Positions 1 to 13,213 of a stretch of DNA of 22,177 bases are shown in pieces. A program made the translations under genes and the position numbers. Numbering within the stretch: the first letter of the stretch is position 1; each line of letters starts with the position of its first letter. The notes beneath the pieces were generated by a model, which did no database searches, was not told where the DNA came from, and saw only the letters and a program-made list of their open reading frames with translations. The stretch is taken from positions 124,001 through 146,177 of the forward strand of contig JALDZX010000053.1 in the NCBI GenBank assembly GCA_022813865.1, in the 5' to 3' direction. The DNA is from Xylographa opegraphella (taxonomy: Eukaryota).

Positions 1-1496
1 CGCCTTCGCAGCTCCCCCCACCCCTCGATCTCTCTCCAATAGCGTCGTAAGCTGGCTCTTCGTCCTCGGCAGCCGCACTTCTCCCCCCTCCTCGTCCTCC
101 TCATCATCATCCACAACAGCCTCCTCCTCCTCCTTCTGCTTGCGCTCCTCCTCGCCTACCCTCCCTGTCCTTCTCGGACTTCCTGCAGAAACACCTCCCA
201 GGACCGGCAGCGTCGCTCGGTCGGCGAACTTGGCGCGGAAATGCGGCTCCACGAGCCAGTCCTGCGGGACGGTGGGCAGGACGGTGGATGGCGACGGTGG
301 GGGTAAGGAGTGCATCGGGAGGTGGTCGCGGGAGGGGCGGTGGAAGGGGGTGGAGGAGACGGGGGAGGCGGAGCGAGAGGTGGGGCGGCGGCCCAAGGCG
401 GGGTTTTGGGGGTGGGTCAACTCTGAGGGCGGTGGTGGTGAACGTGGACGGAGCGGGATCTGTGATTTTGAGGATGGGAATGGTGCAGAGGAGAGAGCGC
501 CGTTGTTTTCGTAGGCGTTGGTGGTGCGGGTAATGGTAGAGAGGGAGGGAAGAGGCGGAGGTGGTGAATGCGTGTTTTGGGATGCGAGCCGGGGGGAAGG
601 CGTTTTCGAGACGGGGGTGCTGTTGGAGGATTTGCGGTGCGGGAGGGCTGGGCGCCGTTTGGTGCTGGACGAGCTGGCGGTGAAAGTGGGTTTTTTCTTG
701 GGGGCTTTGGTGCTTGTCGAGGAGGTGGTTGGAGGTGGGGCTTCGGAGGGGGCAGGGCGCGTGTTTTCGGTAGCTGGTGGCTGAAAGGACCTGGAAGATG
801 AAGCCTGTGGGGAGGATGTATCGTCGCGACTGTCTCGACTGGGTGTCTTCCAGGTTGGGGTGAGGATCCTGGCCGTCTTCGACTGCTGGGCCGTGGAATC
901 TGTACGGGGTTTCTTCAGGATAGGCGGAGGCCGAGAGGAGCCTCTTCTCCTGCCTTTTTCTTCCTCGATGGTCGGGGGTTGAGATGGCTGGCCAGCGACG
1001 TTGTCCGGGTCCCGGACGGCTCGCTGTCGTTCAAGACGCTCATCGATGCCGGCGAGCTGGGGCTCCACGAAGCTTTCGGCTGCCGACGTCGTGGATGACC
1101 CCAGGCGGTCGGCGAGGTGGAAGGTGGGTAGGATGCGACTCGCCCGCGGGGAGGATGTCGGGGTCGTTCGAATAACAACGTCGCCCTCCGAAATAGCAAC
1201 GAAGTGCCGCGCGATCTGCGTGCCTCTGATGGTCTCCCGTATCTGGCCATTGCTCCATATCCGCCAAAAGAAATTCTCTAGCCGGCGCCCGACGTCGTTG
1301 GCGAGCAGGTTGCGGTTGGTGGAGTAGACTGGTAAACACAAAGTGTAAGCTTGCTGCTTCATGCAACACACACACGCCGGCAATTACCTCGCCACAAGTG
1401 CGCCAGATCCTCGGCGTCGATATGGTCCACGCCTTGAATATCTCCCATGATGGCCTCCGAATTCGTGACCAGACCTATGGGAAGCCCTTCGGCCAT
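1..1496 (-). CDS. DUF1752 (AreA N-terminal-like, RLEN.xWR motif) domain protein with long S/P-rich disordered tail; 3'-truncated by the window edge
   Basis: Exon 1496-1388 (MAEGLPIGLVTNSEAIMGDIQGVDHIDAEDLAHLWR), intron 1387-1329 (GTAATT...CCAG), then exon 1328-<1 reading VYSTNRNLLANDVGRRLENFFWRIWSN...PPPILKKPR...PQDWLVEPHFRAKF with no stop seen. LWRVY...GRRLENFFWRIW is the DUF1752 signature. Confidence 0.85.
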
Positions 1497-2739
1497 CACG
1501 GCACAAAATGCTGCCCAGCCCGATCACGCACCACGCACCGTGAGCTGCACGCAGCCTGCTTAAGCACTGCACATCACTTTCCTAAGCCGTTCTACGGCAC
1601 GAAACAGCACGCAGCAGCAGCGCCGTGCCAGGAACTGAATGCCGATTTAAGTTTTTTCTTCTGCACGGCCGAACACACCGCTGTCGACTTTATTTAACAA
1701 CAGCTCTCGCCCTGTCCGCGGCCGCTAGAAACAAGCGCAAAAGCCAAAAAAAAGCAAAAAAATCGGAAAACTTCTAGAAACAGCTTGCCACGGATTCGGG
1801 ACTCGTTGGGTTGGGGTCCCCTGGGAGTGGTGCGCGAGAGGAGATTATGCTCGAAGCGTTGTGGAGGGCGGCGATTCCAGTAAAAAAAGCTGGACAAAGG
1901 GCGGCGGATACACACAGACACAGACCGACACCCACACACACATCACCCACGGGAACAACAAGAACTGAAGAAGTCGGGATCCCGACAAAGCGAAAAACGA
2001 GCGCAAACAGTAGGAATGACGACGACAACGACGACTGCAACGACGACAACATGACGCTGGCAGGATCCTATCCTCTCTTCGGGCCCCCACCCATTCGGTC
2101 ATACCGTTCTGTCGAACCCAATGACGAGCCACGTGAAAAGGGCGTCTCCGCTTCGGTGCAGAAACAAGTGCCCGCCACGCCAGCAGCAGCGTGCCAATGA
2201 GGCAAGCTCGGCCACGGCAACGGTCCAGGGATGGAGCCTCCCCATTGCCCCAAACAGGTGGCTCGATCCGTCCGGAAGGTCAGCTGGGAGGCAGACGCAT
2301 CTCGCCCCAGACGGAGCCATCTGTCGAATAAATAACGACGGCGGGGGGAAACACCACGGAAGGCCGAGAGAAAAGATTACCTTACTACTTAGCACCACTT
2401 TTCATCCCGGGAAGGATCGCCACCGGCCGGCCGCCTATGAGCATCGTGGACATTGCTGCTAGCTAACTCACTTGACAGGAAGTGCCACAGGCCAACGTCG
2501 AAAAGGGCCCTCCCCCCACTTCCTTTCCTTCCTTCCCTCAGCGACACATACACAGTACTACGTACACACATCGGCATTCTACACCCACCCACCCACCTAC
2601 GTCGCACATACATCCGATACTTTCGACCCCTTGCATGTCAGCCTCCCTAGGTCGCGCGCAAGCGTGGCCTTTAGAATCGGTAGAAGCTTCGATTGGCAAC
2701 TAAGAAGCAAGCGGCGTGCATGGGGCCATGCTCTGAACT

Positions 2740-2759
2740 AGACAGACAGACAGACAGAC
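2740..2759. repeat. (AGAC)5 microsatellite
   Basis: agacagacagacagacagac read directly. Confidence 0.9.
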
Positions 2760-2898
2760 TACTCTCCTTGATTATCTGACACGAGGCGAGGAGGAAAGGC
2801 CGGGGCGGCACTTGGCTCAGACGGGCAGGTCCCGATCCACGAAAGGCGTGTGTGGTCCAGGAAAACAATAATCACAAAAAGAAATTGGGCGTACGCGG

Positions 2899-2941
2899 GA
2901 TAGATGGATAGATAGATAGATAGATCCATCCATCCATCCAT
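2899..2941. repeat. Compound (GATA/GATG)n-(CCAT)n microsatellite
   Basis: gatagatggatagatagatagatagatccatccatccatccat read directly. Confidence 0.9.
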
Positions 2942-4124
2942 TCTCCCGTCCAGCTCACCAGAACCAACCCTAGGATATCCATTCTCACGCCGATAAACCG
3001 GCTCCCCCGCCGCACGGCACCCGCATCCAGAAACCACCATGGAAGAAAAGCCTCCTCCAGGCCCCGCGAGCGCATATCGAATCTCACCTACACCGTACCA
3101 CAGTAGGGGTACCCAAGCCCTTCCAACCCCCCCTCCCCCCAAGCCCCAACGCTACACGTGGGCGACCTCCCCCCCCTGCCTCCACCAAAGCCCTCGGGCC
3201 CTACCTCACAGCGTACCTCCGTACAGTACGGCCTCATCCCGCATAACCATGTAATCACAAAATCCCTGATCCCACGCCCGCCCGCCCCCCACCCCACTTA
3301 TACGGCGGTGTGCACGCATATCGACTTTTCAGCCACCATTCGCCCATCTGGCGGTCAAAGCTCTTCCGTCCCTTCCTCCCTCCCTCCCTTCCGTCCTTGC
3401 CTTCGCGCTCTCCCGTCAGCCCGTGTGCTTTGGCGTCGACAGTAACCCGCTCCCCGAGAGTCTCGACAATAAAATGACCCCCTTGCTGCTGGTCGTGGTT
3501 GCGAGTCGTCACGGGTGCGGGCAAGGCCCCTGACCGCCGCCGGTGAAGGAGGAAGCTATCCGAGTGCAGATGCTATGGGGACCGTGGGGGTGTGGGGGGG
3601 ACGGGCTATGGAGAAGGGCGAGGAGAGGTGTCGCAGCGAGTGCGGCGGTGAAGCATGGTGGCCGAGATTACACAGTACGATTCCTTCGGTAGAGAGCCTG
3701 GACAGCCGGTACGGGTAGACTACGATTCGGAACACGATTGTCTTTGCGAAGGGAAAGGAGTCGTGGTCAGCAGGTGCGGGTGTCGAGCGCGGGGACGTGC
3801 GTTCCTGCTCTCAGGTGCGCCATTCGTTCCCGGCCGCTGCGGCAATCGGATGTCAGTCCCAGGGGCGGAGACGAGTGCACAGGATACGAGGGGAATCGGT
3901 CGCTCGTCCCCAACAGCCCCGAGCGCGCTATGATTGGATATCGTGGTTCTCGTCAGTTTTCAACCTCGAGATGCCCATGATGCATAGCGAAAACGTACGT
4001 GCGTGCATCGTGCAAGCCGTCGTCGGGGTGTGTCATGTATTGTCATCGCGGGTTTGCGAGATCTGTTCTTCATGATTCGTGCTCCTCGTGCTGCTATGGT
4101 GCAAACTCTAGACTCGAGCCGGGT

Positions 4125-5404
4125 CTATGTTACGGTGTAGCCTCCGTCCACTCTGTAATCCGCTCCCGTCACGTACCCGGCCGCGTCAGACAGGAGAAAG
4201 GTAACCTGATGCCTGATTAGCTCGTGTCAGTCGAGAGGCTAGGCATGCTCACAGGCCCCATCAGATCCTCGGGCTGCCCCATCTTGCCCTGCGGGATGAG
4301 CGACGTCCACTGCTTCTGCAACTCTGGATTGTCGTCCATAATCTTCTGGGTTCTGCGATCCAGTCAGCATCGGCCAGCATGGGTTGCGTCACGCGTGGAT
4401 CTCACAATGCAGTGAGCATGTAGCCAGGGCTAATGCAATTCACCCGGATCCCTGCATGTGCCCACTCGACAGCCAGACTCGCGGCCAAGTGTCTCACGGC
4501 CGCCTTCGCTGCGTTGTAGGGTGCCTGCGGCTGTGGAACATTGACGATGGACCCGGACATGGATCCGATCATGACCATACTGCCCTTGGACTTCCTCTCC
4601 ATCAGATGCCTCGCCACTGCGGTTGCAAAGAGGTACGTCCCGTCGACGTTAACTCCCCACAGCTTCTTTATGCGCTCGTACGGGTATGAGATTGCGTCGA
4701 AGTTTTCCGTGAAGCCGGCCGAAGTCACCAGGTGGTCGATCTTGCCGTGCGTTTGGATGATCTCGGCCACGGCGCTGTTGACCGACTCGGGATTGGAAAC
4801 ATCCGCATAATGTGCGGTGACCTTGGGAACACTGGCACCCATTAGATAGTGCTGGCAGCCGCCCACGACTGGCGTGCTTACTTCTCATCTCCCGGGTTTT
4901 CGTCGGAAAAGTGCTTCATCAGCTGTGCCGCCTGTCGCTCGCCCTCGTCCTCTGTCGGTGTTGAGTCAGTAGAGATGACGATGACGGTGTTGGGACACAC
5001 ATACTGTTCAAGTCTACGATCGCTACATCGGCTCCGCTAATCACCAGTGCCTGTGACATGACCAGGCCCAAGCCTCGCGCACCTCCAGTAATAACTGCAA
5101 CACGTCCTTCCAACGAGAATGACGCCAGTGTTCTCTTGTTATGTACACCACCCCGTCCTTGCACCGGTGCACTTCTCGGTAGCTTGGACTCTTCAGGATA
5201 TTCTACACGAACGGCATCTGACGTACGGGCCATGGTTCCTTCATGTTCGCTGTCGTGTACGGAGCCTTTGTTTGATTCGTAAAGTTGTGGAGTGGTAGTG
5301 ATGGTGCGTGAGGCAATGGCATATTTGGACGACGTGGGAATGCTCGGAGTACGACGATAGATGGTCAATCGAGAGGATCGAAGTAATGCTCGAGCTGTCG
5401 ACAT
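4125..5404 (-). CDS. Short-chain dehydrogenase/reductase, D-arabinitol 2-dehydrogenase (ribulose-forming)-like, ~358 aa, with probable mitochondrial presequence
   Basis: Five exons (5404-5005, 4951-4882, 4831-4406, 4352-4253, 4205-4125) joined by GT-AG introns, 1077 nt in frame. Motifs: TGGARGLG nucleotide-binding loop, GSMSG, catalytic YNAAK, RVNCISPGY, C-terminal YVTGADYRVDGGYT. IVNVPQPQAPYN is typical of fungal polyol SDRs. Confidence 0.92.
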
Positions 5405-5722
5405 TGTGAGATGGACCCGGGAGACAGTAGTTAAGAGACAGCTAACGGTCTTGAAACAATTGTATTCGGAATTATATGGTAAAGACCGTCACAGTTAGAA
5501 AAAAGCAGGGTGGCTGAATGTTCCCAGATGCAAATCGTGCTGATGTGTGGTGTGATCCGAGTCAAAGGTGCCGAGGAGTGTGTCAATTGAAATATTAATT
5601 AAGCCTCCGATAGAAGCTCAACGAGAATAATAAAGCCCACTAGGAGGGGCAGCCCTGTCCATGTGGTCGAACCCGTTTACGTAAGGTCAGTAAATAAAAT
5701 GCATCTCTAGCCTTGACCTAAT

Positions 5723-5742
5723 CTACCTACCTACCTAGGTAG
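5723..5742. repeat. Short (CTAC)n run ending in the palindrome CTACCTAGGTAG
   Basis: ctacctacctacctaggtag, upstream of the SDR start codon. Confidence 0.6.
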
Positions 5743-6792
5743 TACCTATCAAAACATCCACTGGAAGTAGCAATTTCTATCGAAAGAATTGGCATTCAAA
5801 GACCACCGAGGTGGACTTCCTCCGCAGAGCTCAGCGTGATCCTACATGAGGACGGGAACCACAATATTGCTGATCGTACGTGTACCTCGATTGCTATTCT
5901 CTCTCAAAGTCTCGCTTCTCTTACCGTCTTCCTCTCTGTCCCCAGAGCAAAGGTTTTCTGAACGCTTGCCATTGTACAGCAGTGGCTATTAATGGATTTA
6001 CACTAAGTGTCCACGACTCACGGTCACAAGAAGCACAGCGAAGACATTTTGCGAAAGCGACTTATTCAGTAATTTACCTGTCATGTGTTTTTCAATAACG
6101 CGATGTCTCCAACTCTGTGTCTATAAAGCAAGGAATACTCTTGGGACAGAATATCTCAACAGCTAGCGCGATTGCATATTTCTAGCACTGGCACTCATTG
6201 CTGCGTTCCCAAACAGAAGTCTTTCCGCTGCCGCCGAGACAGTCGTAACAATGCCAGGAGCACCAGGTTTCTGCATGGAGCCAATCTTTCTGGCAGGGTC
6301 ATACGAAACCCCAACTACACCGTACATTGACGCCGTCTCTCCTTCCTTGCCCACCATATTGCATGTGTCTATCAGCACCCCATTGGCAATCCCAAAAAAA
6401 CTCTTTCCATACATTCTGATTCAAGTTCTCTCACCCATACAGTGGTCCTTGTACAATGGGAGATGGCTGGCAACTTCGTCAACTCCAGAGCGCTGCACAG
6501 GCAGCAATCTGAAGCGGTGACGGCTTTTGGTCTCGCCAGTACCTTGGGCCGCCCAGTGCCTGTGATCCCCAGTGGCGAACATCGTATCTTGGTTCACGGT
6601 GATTGCCAGACTCCGTTCGGTTGGAAAACAAACATGGGAAACTGACAAAACAGCCGAGTGTTCTGGGAACGCTTCGAACCCCCAGCTCTTTACCAGGCTT
6701 TCCGTATGCGAGGTATTTTACAGATGTCGACCAATCTGAGAAAATTGTCTTTCGTCGCAGACATGACAGCACCACAGGATAATTCCGATTTA

Positions 6793-9052
6793 TCAAATAG
6801 TGGGTTGCAGCCCATTACCAAACGCCTGCCCGTCTTTCTGAAAAGCATTCATGTCCCAGTCACCCATAAACTCTTGCCAGAAAGCATCGTCAACACCCAT
6901 AAAGTCCATAAGACCCAATTCACCCTCGACGGCCGAGAAACTCATGTCCTGTGGGTTCAATAACGTGGCATCGCGTTCCGCGACTAGTTTGGATTCATAC
7001 CATGTCCTTACCCATCCCAGCCACCTTGCGTATTGGAGAAAAGCATTGTCTCCGTTGGATGGTGCATGCCTATTGACCAGCTCGATATTACCTGCTTCCT
7101 CGAATGATTCGCAGATTTGCCTCAGAACGTCTGAGAAGTCAAAAAGGTTTCGTAAGTGGTGCACATCCCATCCATTGACATCAAGAAGTAACAGTTTACA
7201 CGCACTACTGACGGCATATCCCATGTGTAACCATGGAATGTATGACAGTCTGGAAAAGAGTGCTGTCGGAAGCCGAAAATAATTTTCGAAAAACTGTATT
7301 ATGGAAGACAAACAAGCACTGATTATTTCTGCACGGTGAATTGTCTTGTCTCCATCAGTGATTTGAGGAGGCATATGCAGACCAAACTCGTGAAGACGTA
7401 TTCCCACAATATGATAAAGCGCCATCAATTGGGCTATCAAAAGTCAGTGATGCAATATGTTTAATAAGACTGACGCCTACTGTGCTGTTCGAGCTCGGAT
7501 GGCAGTAAACTTTTCCACTCTCCCAGTTCACGTTCAATAGATTGAAAATGACTTGCGACAGGAGCTTCCAGATTCCATGTCTGGTGGACGTCATCGCTTA
7601 TGAAGCAATGGTCTATCCGTTCAACAAAGTGCTCCAAGTAAACCAATTTGACAAGATATGAATCGGTACGATATTCGTTAACTGTTGAAAGTTCTAGGCA
7701 ACAGCTCTGCAAGTAGGAACTGAAGGGAACAGGGCCAGATCGTTTCGAAAATGTATTGGACCTTGTATGTACTATTAGCATTGTCTACTATTTGCTGTAA
7801 CGAGGTTCGTACGTGGATGATAGATAATAACATCCAGCAAAAGCTCTATGTTCGGCGAGACCTTGTGTCTGCGATTTAGGTGCGGGTCCCGGTGCGATTT
7901 TCATTGCGGCTTTGGCTTCATCTATCATAGATCTGTGCTTCGGATTCGGTCGATGTGGTGGTCTATTGAGACCCAAATCTGTCATCAAAGCTACCGCCAA
8001 GTGCAGGAGATTGGTCAGCTGTCCTTCGATGAAGAAGTGATAGTTTCCCCTATAGATATGTGGCTAACGTCAGCCCCTGCCAATCATATCACAGATGGAT
8101 CTGATTATGCGCGATGACTGACCAGGAAATGTAAACCAGAAGACCTTGAAGCAAATCTAAGCTCTTTTCTTCACATACAAGCAAATGCAATCCCAGATAC
8201 TCCATAACAAGTCTCCTGCAAGCCTTTGGTTCCCACAGGTTCCGACTAGAAGCCGACAGAATGATCATTTGGTACAGGAAAGGCTTGTCTCGACGTATGG
8301 CTTGTGCTGTTGTTCCTGCAGGTATGACAACAAAAGGGAAATGCTCTGCCATCTGGGTTTGAAATATGTGCAAAAGACTATTGGCTTGCTCCGGACTTAG
8401 ATCGAGGCCAAAGAGCATTTCCGAAGTGCACTGTGGACTCGTATCTGGAAGCTGACTGATGCCCATGGCGGCTGCTCGGGGGGACGGAGTTGAACCTTTT
8501 CCCGAATACAACGCAACCTCTGGGTTCCGGTCATTTGGATTACAAGGCTCCTGGGGACGCACCGCAGAGAGACCATCGGAGTTGTCATTTGACGGTACAG
8601 GGATAGACGAACCGAGCTGAGAAGGACCTGGCGATGGATACGGATCTTTCTCTTGCACTGATTGCTGTGAAGACCCAAGTAGTTTCACAATACTTTCCAG
8701 ACGTTCCTCAAGTTGGGCAAGGCGACTATGGTACCCAAAGCATATTAGTTGGCCCTAATCGACAATTGAAAGGATGGCATACGCTGTCTTTTGCTGTCTA
8801 CGGTTTCGTACAACAGCGGCCTGCTTCGTGCATTCTGAGCCAAGGCGCGAACATCTACAACATCTTAGTTACACTTGAGATCTACCATCGCAAGTTCGTG
8901 TACCGTTGACATTTGCCTTTGTCACCTCCCAAGTTTGCGACGCATTTTACTTTGGCAACGGCGCAAGTATGACAAGCCCGCGGCATCGGAGTCCGTTGAG
9001 TAAAGCGACGCCTGACACTCGATTCTTCTCCACTCATGCCCGACTTCTCCAT
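6793..9052 (-). CDS. Zn(II)2Cys6 binuclear cluster transcription factor with fungal middle-homology region, ~660 aa
   Basis: Six exons (9052-8904, 8854-8783, 8725-8123, 8049-7813, 7761-7481, 7433-6793), 1983 nt in frame. Motifs: RACHTCAVAKVKC...KCQRCSRLGSEC zinc cluster split by intron 1; RLAQLEERLESIVKLL coiled coil; HFPFVVIP, KSLDLLQGLLVYISW, DLGLNR, RAFAGCYYLSS in the middle region; acidic C-terminus. Intron 4 uses an AAG acceptor. Confidence 0.92.
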
Positions 9053-9427
9053 AGGCCGTCGGAGAGACCAGAAATATTCCCAACATATTGAAAAGAGGAA
9101 GATGAAGGGCGTGGACAGGTATTAGAAAGAACATAGGCTCGGGTCGGGGGTCGCACGGAGGCCGCTCATACTCAAACATACTGCTTGAATCAGTATATTG
9201 TAGTCCGGAAGCGTTGGAGGCGCGAGGAATATCAGTATCAGGAGCTGAACGTCCACTTCTCCTTCACTTTCATGACTCTCGTGTGTGGAACATATCTTAG
9301 AATATTGAAGTATATAATAATCTAGCTTACATACTCGAGTGCGGGAACGGAGTGAGAAACGCTTCCTGAACTGCTAGAAGACTTCCTATTTGTGCTTCCG
9401 ATTACGATTCATTTCAATCATGGCACT

Positions 9428-10763
<1,336 letters not shown>

Positions 10764-11354
10764 TTCTCTGAAATTTGAGTAAGAGTTGTGCGAGTTTTGG
10801 AATGACGAACCAGTAAGCAGGATTTCATGTAGAAAGGACTGTGAGGCTTTGGATACCAATGGCAGTTTTCATAGCCATTTCACAGTCTTAACTCGAAGTT
10901 GCGAAACGCCTAAGGGTTTTCTTCTATGCTTATCGCATTAATTTTGCTCCTGTACATTCCACGCAAAGGATCAAGATACACTTGGTGTAGAATATATATT
11001 ACATGGGACGTTCTTCATTCGGTAAGCAGAGAACAGAAGGGTGTGAACAGAGGTACCGAAATAAACAAGAGAATGTGGATAGAGGTGCTTGTTACATCGT
11101 CCGAAACTACATATACTCCGTGTTGCCGTTGTGGAACATTCGATAAGACTCTCATTGTGTACGGAATACGTAAACAAACGATCGTTTACCATTTTTAGAG
11201 GGGCGCTTGTTCAGCCCTTTCGGTTTCAGGAGAGTCGGAGGCAACGTCAACGCTTCACTTCAAAGCCCAACTAATCCCGACCGTCCTTCTTTCCTTCAAC
11301 TCAACCTCGAATTATCACAACCACATTAACTACTGCATCAATATCTCTATTGAG

Positions 11355-12552
11355 ATGCTCCTCCCAGCCCTCTTTACTACTACCGCGTTGGCGTTGACCG
11401 CCAACGCTTTCCTCGTCCCTCTTGAAGTCGCCGATAGTGCCAAAGCCGCCGCTTCGGCCATTGCAACCGGAGTCCTGCCATCATCTCAGACCATCAATCT
11501 CGACTGCTCCAGCTGTCCTTTTGCTTTAGCCGGTGCTGAGAACGAGCCTCATACATGGTCTGAGTCACCAGCGAAGACGGATCTGGTGATGCAGTTTGAC
11601 ACAACCCCGGACAAGAAGCAGGTCACCCTCAATGGAGTTGCCTTCTTTCCACCCACCCTCGTAACGATGCAGCACATGCTTGCAGCCCACCAAGTCATTC
11701 AAGATGGTGAAGTCGTCCCAGCGGATGTCAAGCCTTACTCCCAAGAACTCAGTCTAAGCTACAGCATGGATGCGTCTGAGGAGATTGTCGAGGACGGTAG
11801 CACACTCCAACCTGTCACCTTGACGATTTTAGGCCTCGACGGAAAGGTTGTCAATGTGGACGCCATCTCGATCCCGATCGTTAAAGCCGCTAACGGCGAC
11901 GTAAGTGTTGCATTATCTTCACCCTTACTGATACTGATAATTTGCACAGCTTTCCCTGGCCGAAATCAAAACCACACCCGTCGATCCTAGCTCCGGTGCT
12001 TCTACTTGCACCACAATTATGTGCCGCGTTCGCGCCATCATCGTCGCCAAGATGGCCGCCGCTCGTGCCGCTGCCCTCAAGGCTCTTTCCAAGATCTCCG
12101 CCACCAAGAATGGATGCATGCGGAAACTTGGCTTTAAAATGCCTGCCCCTCAACGCAGTCCGAAAGTTCATGGCGGCCCAGACAAATTCCGGGGCAAATT
12201 TCACGGTCAAGATGGCAACCACCATGGACCTCATGGTTACAACCAGAGAGAAGGTGTTAGCGCTATGCTGCATGCTATCAAGCGTGTATTCAGGCACGTT
12301 TTACTCCCGGTATTAGTTGGTATTGCGGCAGGCATGGCAGCCAGCGCTGCCGGCATGTTGATTGGACAGGTTATCGTCCTGCTGTGGGTGCGTCATAGAC
12401 GTCGTAGCGGCGTTGTCTACGAGGTCGTCGAGCAGGTTGAGGCGGAGGAAGGGCGTGTCAGCGAGGAAGGTTTACCAAAGTACGAGGAAGCGCCCAAGTA
12501 CGAAGAGGTCGAGACGGAGACAGTTGATGAGAAGAAGGAGCTTTTGGGATAG
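11355..12552 (+). CDS. Conserved fungal secretory-pathway protein with signal peptide and one C-terminal TM helix (possibly DUF7728-type), ~382 aa
   Basis: Exons 11355-11900 and 11950-12552; intron GTAAGT...CTGAT...CAG. Signal peptide MLLPALFTTTALALTANAFLVP, LDCSSCPF motif, CTTIMCR, H/G-rich linker, TM VLLPVLVGIAAGMAASAAGMLIGQVIVLLW, acidic tail with LPKYEE/PKYEE. Family name is from recall only. Confidence 0.85.
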
Positions 12553-13213
12553 GTTGACGTAGCCGCGTCAAGGTGTACGGTGGTGAGAGTAGAAATTGAT
12601 GAACGGCCGGCTGAGATCTCGGAAGCATCTGCACTTATGAGGGGCTGCACTTCTTGCTCTGCTTATGTAGGCCTGCCCTGGGGCGTAGTGGCGTAGGTAG
12701 CGTAGATTTCGTTCTCTATCTGACAGAACATGCTGATTTGGAGCGATTGTGCAAGTCTCGTCTGTACACATGTGACTCGTATCCATTACAATGCTTCCTG
12801 ATCGGGCGAAGAGCAGGAGTCGAACGCCTCGTCGTCCGAGGCAGGCTCCGAGATATATATGCTGGATACGAGCTTCAGGATCTATTGATCACGAGGTAGC
12901 TTCCAAAGCCAGTGCGCCCAGCTTACGTTTCCCCCATATCCCATCACAGCTGTTCGTTACTCCTGACTTCCCAAGCGTCTGTAGTCCACCCCGGACATTG
13001 GACTGTCCTAACCCGCAGGCCCGAAGCGCCACAAGACGCCGACTGGCTCGGCGCCAAAGGTCCTTGCACCTCGTGTCCGTACGAGACCGAAGGAGAGCTC
13101 TCGCCCCATTACGGAATCGTTACCTCGTCGTATGGAAAAAAGCCGAACTGTGCACGGCGGAGTAGGGCCGTGTGCTCGATCTAGATGGACCGGATCCCTA
13201 GCCCGCCGGAGCC

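Noticed and set aside
140..1327. Several plus-strand ORFs (140-514, 288-533, 518-784, 1001-1327)
   Set aside because: GC-rich antisense shadows of the DUF1752 gene.
1811..2200. 129-aa plus-strand ORF with a DDDNDD tract
   Set aside because: Driven by a gac/aac trinucleotide repeat; no domain or convincing splice structure.
8922..9179. 85-aa ORF as the N-terminus of the transcription factor
   Set aside because: Wrong frame; the zinc-cluster frame starts at ATG 9052.
12654..13184. Plus-strand ORFs and a CCTAAC...CAG acceptor near 13018 between two convergent genes
   Set aside because: No good donor site and no recognisable product; probably 3' UTR or intergenic, although a small gene cannot be excluded.
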